Part shown: one piece after another, positions 28,876 through 35,788 of the stretch
Numbering within the stretch: the first letter of the stretch is position 1
How the letters are laid out: each line of letters begins with the position of its first letter
IMG/VR virus record: IMGVR_UViG_3300022744_000032
Span: 1-58,499 of that record
Length of the DNA: 58,499 nt
Reading direction: 5' to 3' (one strand)
Origin: a virus
Taxonomy: Duplodnaviria > Caudoviricetes
The notes under the pieces: model-generated
Told to the model about the DNA's origin: nothing
Databases searched by the model: none
Seen by the model: the letters and a program-made list of their open reading frames with translations, nothing else
Translations under genes and position numbers: made by a program

Positions 28876-28926
28876 CACCAATTGGGCACCACTTTTGGTG
28901 TATAAAACCCTGCTGACGTATAAAAC
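28870..28926 (-). other. attI-like site at the head of the array
   Basis: Core GTTATAC without attC arms; degenerate L box TGCCCAA 5 bp away; direct repeats GTTTTATAC at 28900-28908 and 28918-28926. Confidence 0.5.
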
Positions 28927-28995
28927 ACCGTGCATCAGTAGGTAAATTAAACAGATAGAAATTGTGGTGCAAATAAATGCACCAAAGGAGGCGGT

Positions 28996-29193
28996 ATGAA
29001 AGACAATACACCAGCGTTTCCATACCAAGTTAGTACGCAATCAGGCATGGACTTGCGCGATTACTTTGCAGCAAAGGCGATGCACTCTTTACTTATCGCG
29101 CATGCTAATAGCAGCGGATGGAGCAAAGATGCTGTTGCATCACAATCATACAAAATGGCAGACGCAATGATTGCAGAGAGGAACAAGCCATGA
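28996..29193 (+). CDS. Conserved small phage protein
   Basis: PAFP...GMDLRDYFAAKAM...YKMADAMIAER. Confidence 0.8.
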   Translation: MKDNTPAFPYQVSTQSGMDLRDYFAAKAMHSLLIAHANSSGWSKDAVASQSYKMADAMIAERNKP

Positions 29194-29603
29194 CACAGCA
29201 CACACCAGAGCCGTGGCACACAGTAGACCATAGTTGGGAATACACTGGCATATATCCGTCAGTTGGTTCACGCATTGCAGTTTGCGAGATTAACCAATCA
29301 TGCACAGAAGATAATCAGGATGAATATGAGTCTATCAATGACGCAAACGCCGCCCGCATAGTCGCCTGCGTGAATGCGTGTGCTGGTGTTGGCAATGAAA
29401 CGCTAGAAAAAATCGCATCAGGTGAAATGGACGGATCAGAAATTTTCGAGCTTGCGAAAGTTAAGCAACAGCGCGACGAGCTGCAAAAAGAGTTACTGTC
29501 ACTAGTGCGTGACATTCAATGCAGCAGTGCTAGGCAGTTTATAACCGCAGAGCGACTGAAGAAGGCTGAAACCATTGCCAAGGCGCAGGAGGCACAGTCA
29601 TGA
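29190..29603 (+). CDS. HTPEPW...ACVNACAG phage protein (paralog of 26929-27279)
   Basis: Shared motifs; ATGA coupling. Confidence 0.75.
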   Translation: MTQHTPEPWHTVDHSWEYTGIYPSVGSRIAVCEINQSCTEDNQDEYESINDANAARIVACVNACAGVGNETLEKIASGEMDGSEIFELAKVKQQRDELQKELLSLVRDIQCSSARQFITAERLKKAETIAKAQEAQS

Positions 29604-29821
29604 GTTATCAGCTTACGCGCGAAGGTAACGCAATTTTTCCTGCAACCGCAACAATACGCGCAGTAATACGAGGAAACAGCATGTCAATATGCGCCAAATG
29701 CAGGCATTTGTCAGATCAGTGCACTGGGGTTTCTAAAATAACTTCTGGCAGACCGCGTATTCAGTGTGTTACCAGTTGCGATGGGTTTGAATTAGTTGAA
29801 TCTAAGGAGGTGCAGCCATGA
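29600..29821 (+). CDS. Small Cys-rich hypothetical protein
   Basis: ATGA coupling at both ends. Confidence 0.6.
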   Translation: MSYQLTREGNAIFPATATIRAVIRGNSMSICAKCRHLSDQCTGVSKITSGRPRIQCVTSCDGFELVESKEVQP

Positions 29822-30024
29822 GCGAACTGCAAGAGGTTAGAGCCTACGTAGAAGAAAAGTATCCGAGGGCTTGTGTGACTATCTTCCTAACCGCTGATAA
29901 GGAAGATATCACTAACGAGGAAGATCTGCTTAAAAAAGACTGGCACGTCAGTTATTATAGATCAGAAGTAGTAGACAAATATCCTGACTATACTGCTGTG
30001 CTGGCATTAGTAGAATTTTGGTAA
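29818..30024 (+). CDS. Hypothetical protein
   Basis: RBS AAGGAGG. Confidence 0.65.
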   Translation: MSELQEVRAYVEEKYPRACVTIFLTADKEDITNEEDLLKKDWHVSYYRSEVVDKYPDYTAVLALVEFW

Positions 30025-30110
30025 AGAGAAGCAGCCATGAACGATATACAGTCAATATGTTTAGCAGTTATAGTTGCAGTAGCTTGGGTAGTCTTTTTGT
30101 TGAGGTGTTT

Positions 30111-30371
30111 ATGAGTAAAAAACTACAAGTTTGGACATGTAAAATTGTTATCGAAGCAGATGAGCTACCAAATGGGTTCAATTACCCTCCTAGAATGGCC
30201 GCAGAAAAAGCAATAGCGTCTGCTGGATTTAATGTGCTGATGAATAGCTCTGGCTGGGGCGGTTCTCTGGATGAATTGGATGTTATGTATTTGCAGAGTA
30301 ATGGTTACAAGATAGGTAGCGACGTTTACATAGCAGGATTGGTCGATATTTCTGAAGATGTGAGGCATTGA
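30111..30371 (+). CDS. Hypothetical protein
   Basis: RBS GAGGTG; WTCKI...PPRMAA...SSGWGG. Confidence 0.65.
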   Translation: MSKKLQVWTCKIVIEADELPNGFNYPPRMAAEKAIASAGFNVLMNSSGWGGSLDELDVMYLQSNGYKIGSDVYIAGLVDISEDVRH

Positions 30372-30373
30372 AT

Positions 30374-30682
30374 ATGAGCGAACAAGACGAACAGATCAGG
30401 AAGAAGTTTGAGCAAGCTTTTACAGTTCCAGAAGGTGTACGCTGGTGCAATCATCAAGAAATGTATACCGCCATTGATAAGTTTAGCGAAGACGATGGAA
30501 GAAATACCGTCCTTCAAAACGCAAAGCATAAAGCATACAAAGCAGGCCGCGAGAGTGTTGTCGTGGAGTTGCCTGCTGCAGAGAAGCAGACGTCACCGTA
30601 CACATGTTATGAAAACGGGTGGAACGATATGCGGCAAGAGACTATTGAAGCAATCAAAGCAGCAGGAGGCAGAATCAAGTAA
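30374..30682 (+). CDS. Hypothetical phage protein
   Basis: AGRESVVVELP...AIKAAGG pattern. Confidence 0.65.
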   Translation: MSEQDEQIRKKFEQAFTVPEGVRWCNHQEMYTAIDKFSEDDGRNTVLQNAKHKAYKAGRESVVVELPAAEKQTSPYTCYENGWNDMRQETIEAIKAAGGRIK

Positions 30683-30757
30683 ACAGAACACAGCCCCCTA
30701 CGTGCAGGGGCCCAAATCCTGCCCCTGGTCAGCCACATAGGGGGCTGTTTTCTGTTT
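30681..30757 (+). terminator. Long stem-loop (terminator or processing site)
   Basis: AAACAGAACACAGCCCCCTACGTG pairs with CACATAGGGGGCTGTTTTCTGTTT around an inner CAGGGGC/GCCCCTG hairpin. Confidence 0.55.
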
Positions 30758-30764
30758 ATTTTCC

Positions 30765-30794
30765 TTGACAATGGACATAGGCATTACCTATATT
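30765..30794 (+). promoter_or_regulatory. Sigma70-like promoter overlapped by operator
   Basis: TTGACA, 18 bp spacer, TATATT; operator CATAGG-CATTA-CCTATA 30776-30792. Confidence 0.7.
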
Positions 30795-30820
30795 ACCGCC
30801 CACGTACAGGAGCGCACCAA

Positions 30821-31375
30821 ATGATCGCGAAAGAAAGCGAAGCAGCAAAAGGCAATTTCACCCAACGCTGTTTACTTGCACTGGGAAGTCTTTGCGCCAA
30901 CGCGCCCTCCTCCACCTTTTTTACCTGCTCTGACATCATCACGCGCCTGATCGGGAACGAGGACTGTGACCAGGAAACATTCTTTTGCCTGGTTAATGCT
31001 TGTAATGCGTCACTTAGCCAACGCTACACACGCAAACACGACGGTTTGTTCCGGACCACGAAAAAAATCACTCCGAAATTGTCACGTTTTCCTACAGCGA
31101 AAGCTGCACTCGGATACCGACTGGGTATACCTGTTGAATCCCCGATAATCAATCCGGATACACTGGCTTCTGCACGTGCTGCATGTGCGAATCCCACGAC
31201 AAGCGCCGATATTCATCAGTTCATCCAGAACGCATCCGTGCCCCAACTCACAGATTTGATTCTGGAAATCACTGACGCGATCGTGAACAAGCACCACAGC
31301 ATAATGAATGAGGCAGCAACAGCACGATCAAAATTGAAAGTATTACGCGACGCTGTCGCAGAGGTGGACGCATGA
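30821..31375 (+). CDS. Hypothetical protein
   Basis: RBS CAGGAG; first gene after promoter. Confidence 0.65.
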   Translation: MIAKESEAAKGNFTQRCLLALGSLCANAPSSTFFTCSDIITRLIGNEDCDQETFFCLVNACNASLSQRYTRKHDGLFRTTKKITPKLSRFPTAKAALGYRLGIPVESPIINPDTLASARAACANPTTSADIHQFIQNASVPQLTDLILEITDAIVNKHHSIMNEAATARSKLKVLRDAVAEVDA

Positions 31376-31466
31376 TCCTGTTCCCTTCACAACTCATTTT
31401 TCTGATTGAAGTTATTAACGCTGTACAAAAATACCACGCACAACAAACTGTTGAGGAACAGCCACA

Positions 31467-31829
31467 ATGAAAACATTTCTTGTTATTTATGTTGCTACTT
31501 TTTTACTGCTACTCACAGCGTGCAGTAAAGCACCTGAACCACCCCCGATAGCGGAAGCGACACCGCCACAAATCATTTATGAACAGATTCCACAGCCTGT
31601 GCAACAGCAACCGCAAATAGTCTATGCACAACAACCACAACAACCTGTGGTGGTGCAACAAAGTAGTCACGATGGCCTGCTCACTGGCATGGTCATCGGG
31701 CACATGATGAGCGGCGGCTCCAGTGGCGGGAGTAGTAACCGCACCACCGTGAACAAAACCGTGGTCGTGAACAAGACTTACTCACGACCGTCTTCATCAC
31801 GATCGTATTCCAGCTCACGCAGGAAGTAA
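31467..31829 (+). CDS. Lipoprotein
   Basis: Lipobox LTAC; Gln/Pro linker; GLLTGMVIGHMMSGG; Ser/Arg tail. Confidence 0.75.
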   Translation: MKTFLVIYVATFLLLLTACSKAPEPPPIAEATPPQIIYEQIPQPVQQQPQIVYAQQPQQPVVVQQSSHDGLLTGMVIGHMMSGGSSGGSSNRTTVNKTVVVNKTYSRPSSSRSYSSSRRK

Positions 31830-31832
31830 TGT

Positions 31833-32039
31833 ATGTACCGCGTCACTACCAGTGCCCGCCGCATAAACGGTACGACCCTGTTCATGTTCACTGTGTATTT
31901 CGAAGAGACACCTGTTGCGATTTCTGAAGCAATTTATGGATCAAAAGGACTGGCAGAACAACATGCACAACAATTCATTGACCTGAACAAGCATGCACGC
32001 GGATACCAACAAATCACACTCAGAGGCACGCCAGCATGA
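31833..32039 (+). CDS. Hypothetical protein
   Basis: Co-oriented ORF. Confidence 0.55.
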   Translation: MYRVTTSARRINGTTLFMFTVYFEETPVAISEAIYGSKGLAEQHAQQFIDLNKHARGYQQITLRGTPA

Positions 32040-32067
32040 ACGTCGTACCTTTTTTTATTCTTTCGAT

Positions 32068-32084
32068 AATAGGTATGGCCTATA
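32068..32084. promoter_or_regulatory. 17-bp operator
   Basis: AATAGG-TATGG-CCTATA. Confidence 0.6.
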
Positions 32085-32184
32085 TCGGGCATGAACCGTA
32101 CCACGACAAGATCCTGGGCACGGTCCTGTACTGGTGGAGTCTGGCCATGATCATCTGGGGTACTAACAAACACAGGAGAAAGTC

Positions 32185-32505
32185 ATGAGTTTACCCGACG
32201 TAATCAATGTCATTTGCACTGTCACGCACAACAACAGTGTGCTTGGAAAAATCACAGTTCCTGTTGATATCAAACAGATCACTGACGAGTACGACAGCCT
32301 GGAAGAGGTTGATTCTGCGAATGTCCTGGATGATATCGCGACCAACGTCCTGGTTGAAATGGAACCTGAACAGGAAGAAATCGTGGACAACTGGCTTGCT
32401 GCCCATGCGCAAGTACAAGAACTCCAGCGTGAAAACAAACCCTACACACCGCTTAATGATGTCGAAGAGGGCCAGTTTATTTCCAGCGCAGAGATGTTCC
32501 TGTAA
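32185..32505 (+). CDS. Acidic hypothetical protein
   Basis: RBS CAGGAG; Asp/Glu-rich. Confidence 0.7.
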   Translation: MSLPDVINVICTVTHNNSVLGKITVPVDIKQITDEYDSLEEVDSANVLDDIATNVLVEMEPEQEEIVDNWLAAHAQVQELQRENKPYTPLNDVEEGQFISSAEMFL

Positions 32506-32774
32506 TGGTTTACGTACCAGACAAAGAAAAGAAACGTGAACAAGCGCGGGAATGGTGGCGCAAATACGGTCGCAGCCGGAATGAAAACGGAGAACGTTCC
32601 ATTTTTGATCCAGGCGAAGACCAGGAATTATTTTTCAAACGCGACATTTTACTACGCGTGAAATCATTAAAGGACACCGCCCATGCCGCAATCTTTTGCC
32701 GAGATGTTGAAACAGAGCCCCGAGATGCAAACGCAACTACGGGAAGCGTACGAAAAAGCGCTCGCAAAAAATGA
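32505..32774 (+). CDS. Hypothetical protein
   Basis: TAATG coupling. Confidence 0.55.
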   Translation: MVYVPDKEKKREQAREWWRKYGRSRNENGERSIFDPGEDQELFFKRDILLRVKSLKDTAHAAIFCRDVETEPRDANATTGSVRKSARKK

Positions 32775-33120
32775 AGACATATTTACTTGGCAATCACTGC
32801 CCTTTTTCACAGGGTATGTGCGATATCTTCTGGAGTATTGTGAAACGGAAAAAACTCCATGACCCCCGATACCCATTCTCAGCGCTGGTATTACAGATAC
32901 TTTTTTATTCAAATTCGTCAATTCTGACGACACTGATTCGTCTCCGCAGCACAACGAATCAGGCCCACCCGCTGCACAACCCGGAGCGTCTCAAATGAAC
33001 GAGAACGATATCCAGGCGCTTGACGCATTATTGGCTCATGCTGACCGACACAATTCTTTCGTCGGCATGGTTATTATTGCGGATGGTGCTTGCCCTCAAC
33101 CCACTCCACAGGAGTTCGAC

Positions 33121-33330
33121 ATGTCACAACCTCTCGTAGAAAGCAAAACACTGGTCCAAGGCGTTGATGTTGCCAAAGCCAGCAAAGACCAACTGATCGA
33201 TATGCTGAAACGTCTTGAAAAAGAAGAGACCGATCTGGCTGCGATCCGCACCGAAAGCACAAGCATCCAGGCACGTATCGCTGAAATCGGCGCTGCACGT
33301 ACCGCGGTAGCTCGCGCGCTCGACGCGTAA
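33121..33330 (+). CDS. Small coiled-coil protein
   Basis: RBS CAGGAG before ATG 33121. Confidence 0.65.
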   Translation: MSQPLVESKTLVQGVDVAKASKDQLIDMLKRLEKEETDLAAIRTESTSIQARIAEIGAARTAVARALDA

Positions 33331-33345
33331 TCCCTGAAGTAAACG

Positions 33346-33380
33346 AAAGCAGGCGCACTAACAACGCACCTGCTTTTTTC
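33346..33380 (+). terminator. Putative rho-independent terminator
   Basis: AAAGCAGG...CCTGCTTT stem followed by T-run. Confidence 0.55.
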
Positions 33381-33413
33381 TCACAACCTTGTTCACAAAT
33401 AGGAAAATGAACC

Positions 33414-33695
33414 ATGATCAATGTAAAAGTAGTGAAAGTTCCAGGCAATGCTACTGACCAGACCCTGAACGATGGCGCAACCGCTGCCGACGCCTTGCGT
33501 GTTGCCGGCCTGTCCCGCGCCAGCAACGAAGAGTTGCGTATCAACGGCCAGGTCCAGGCTGACACAACTGTGTTGCGCGACGGCGATCGCGTCATGCTGG
33601 TGCAGGGCGCAAAAGGCAATGCAGCCAAAAAACCGGCGGCAAAACCGGTAAAGAAACCTGCTTCAAAGCCAGCGAAAAAACCGGCCAAGAAGTAA
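33414..33695 (+). CDS. Ubiquitin-like (beta-grasp, ThiS/MoaD-like) protein with Lys/Ala/Pro-rich C-terminal extension
   Basis: INVKVVKVPG...GATAADAL...LRINGQ...LRDGDRVMLV-QGAKG|N pattern; upstream of E1, JAB and E2. Confidence 0.85.
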   Translation: MINVKVVKVPGNATDQTLNDGATAADALRVAGLSRASNEELRINGQVQADTTVLRDGDRVMLVQGAKGNAAKKPAAKPVKKPASKPAKKPAKK

Positions 33696-33701
33696 TCTGA
33701 A

Positions 33702-34141
33702 TTATCCTTCTCCAGGATGTGTATACATCAGTACGGGTGCCAACACATACCGTAATTCATGTCTATCGAGTGCTACACATATATTTTCCTGCTCGACAGG
33801 AATCTCGTGAACATAGATTGGACAGTAAGTCGGGTCTCGCGGCGCAGGAACATGCAATAACATCCTGGAGGGGGATAACTTTTTTGTTGGCTCAAGTCAG
33901 CGCCCGACGGCCGGCTGCTATGAGGTTCCCTGCTTTGACAGGCAACCGTCAAACGTCGCGAATCTGGGTTCCAGGTATCCATCGGGCGCTGACTTGAGCC
34001 AACAGAGATAATAAAAAGAAACACTATTTGGGTACTGCTACGCATACGCGTCTTGAGCGCCTATCGACGAACATACCAAAAAACCCAGTAGGGGCACTGC
34101 GCCCCGTTGATCGGGGGAGTAATAGTGTTTCCTTTTACTAT
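33702..34141 (+). ncRNA. Candidate structured RNA array: three tandem domains closed by long stems
   Basis: Stems 33702-33720/33860-33878, 33885-33907/33982-34004, 34012-34028/34121-34137. Confidence 0.6.
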
Positions 34142-34168
34142 TTCCCTCAACATTTACAGGAAAAATGT

Positions 34169-34867
34169 ATGTCAGACATTTCGTTAATCCGGCACCAGGC
34201 TATTTTTGATCCGAGCCTTCATCGTATACCCGTAACCATCATCGGTTGTGGTGCGACGGGTTCACGGATTTTTGCAGCACTTGTCGAACTGGGCGTGACC
34301 AATATCACGTGCTATGACTTCGATATTGTCGAGGCGCACAACCTGGCAAACCAGATTTTTGTTCACGCCGATATCGGAAAACCAAAAGTCGCAGGATTAG
34401 TTTCCTGGTACGCTGCGAAAACTGGAACAGCTCCGCCAAAAACAATGACATTTGTCCAGGAGAAAGTCGTTCATACCACAGAGATAGACATCGAAGGACA
34501 CATTGTATTTCTGCTCACAGATTCCATGGCATCCCGACGTGAATTATTCGAATGTTTCCTGTACCACGGACACGAAAAACCCCCATTGGCTGTGATCGAA
34601 ACACGCATGGCATCAACCCACGGCAATGTCATGTGGTATCGCCCGGAAGATGAAAAACAAACCAACGCGTGGGAAGCCACATTGTCTGACGATGAATCTA
34701 CCGAATTGAGCCCTTGCGGACAACCCATGTCCGTAGGTACGACCGCGTCCATTATCGCCAACCTCGCGGTGTGGCAATTCATCCTGCTTCATGTAAACCC
34801 GGAAGCAGCGAATAGCAAAGTCGATATTTACCTTAAACCCCTCATGGTAATCACAGGAGATTTATGA
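34169..34867 (+). CDS. E1-like ThiF-family adenylyltransferase
   Basis: IGCGATGS nucleotide-binding loop, DFDIVEAHNLANQ, IGKPKV, TDS, candidate catalytic SPCG; no CxxC zinc pairs. Confidence 0.92.
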   Translation: MSDISLIRHQAIFDPSLHRIPVTIIGCGATGSRIFAALVELGVTNITCYDFDIVEAHNLANQIFVHADIGKPKVAGLVSWYAAKTGTAPPKTMTFVQEKVVHTTEIDIEGHIVFLLTDSMASRRELFECFLYHGHEKPPLAVIETRMASTHGNVMWYRPEDEKQTNAWEATLSDDESTELSPCGQPMSVGTTASIIANLAVWQFILLHVNPEAANSKVDIYLKPLMVITGDL

Positions 34868-35787
34868 GCAAGAAAAAGAACCGTGTCATTACCTTGCCCT
34901 CACTCAAACGCCAGGAGAAACCGGCAATGCAACAACAAAGTGTACTCGCCCCCCCACCAAAAAAATGGGATTTTTCCGCAACTGATACAACAACGGCGAA
35001 TCTCGTAACGCCACTACGGACAAAAGCATCACTGGTCGCGCCCCGCGTATTTTACGCACCAACCGTGTTATCGGCGATTTACTATCTGGTGGATAAGTGC
35101 CCTCAGGAAATCGGCTGGCTAGGAACTGTGCAAGTAATGGGCAATGATTACTACATTGACCAGATCTATGTCCCGCAACAAATTGTATCGGGCACAGAAA
35201 CTGACATCTCCCCCGAAGCTATGGCGGCATTAGCGATCGAGATCATGGACGCGGGCAAAGACCCCGGTGCGCTGTACTACTGGGGCCACTCCCACGTAAA
35301 CATGGGGGTAACACCATCCGGACAGGATGAAACCCAGATCAATATGTACCTGGATAACTGCCCGGTATTTATCAGGGGGATTTATAACAAATCCCGAAAA
35401 CAAAAAGTGGATGTATTTGACACACGTGCCGGGATGGTATTCCAGAATGTAAACGCCGGCGTACACTACCCGATGAACAATGAAACAAAAGCACGCCTTG
35501 ACGCATTGATCACGAACAACGTCAAAACCCGGACGTACCAGACAACAACTTCCTGGAGTAAACCGGACCGCGATGCACAAGGAAACATCATTATTCCTCC
35601 CGTCGAAAGTTGTTATTCCTACAACACGATTGATGATGAATATGTATTCCCGCGCGGTATCCGGATTCGTTCGATCGATATTCCAGCTGATAAATTGCTG
35701 GAACTGGATGCGTTACTTGCTACCAAATTCAACGGGTACGGCGGCTATCGTCGTAATACAGGCAATTATCCTTCTGTAGGAGATTAA
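34864..35787 (+). CDS. JAB/JAMM metallo-isopeptidase
   Basis: EIGWLG...HSHVNMGVTPSGQD fits E...HxH-x7-S-x2-D. Confidence 0.9.
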   Translation: MSKKKNRVITLPSLKRQEKPAMQQQSVLAPPPKKWDFSATDTTTANLVTPLRTKASLVAPRVFYAPTVLSAIYYLVDKCPQEIGWLGTVQVMGNDYYIDQIYVPQQIVSGTETDISPEAMAALAIEIMDAGKDPGALYYWGHSHVNMGVTPSGQDETQINMYLDNCPVFIRGIYNKSRKQKVDVFDTRAGMVFQNVNAGVHYPMNNETKARLDALITNNVKTRTYQTTTSWSKPDRDAQGNIIIPPVESCYSYNTIDDEYVFPRGIRIRSIDIPADKLLELDALLATKFNGYGGYRRNTGNYPSVGD

Positions 35788-35788
35788 T

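Larger units (their letters stand above)
26372..28876 (-). mobile_element. Integron-type gene-cassette array (7 cassettes, CALIN-like), ORFs antisense to attC
   Basis: Seven attC sites separated by 1-2 short ORFs; each cassette's R'' is complementary to the R' at its other end. Confidence 0.85.

Noticed and set aside
33909-33975. HDV-like or hammerhead ribozyme (GGCCGGC...TTCCC...GCGAAT)
   Set aside because: Could not build consistent P1/P2 pairings or a CUGANGA/GAAA core by eye; a covariance-model search is needed
33702-34141. Retron msr-msd, DGR template or MITEs
   Set aside because: No reverse transcriptase or transposase in the window; the three inverted repeats are unrelated and I saw no target duplications
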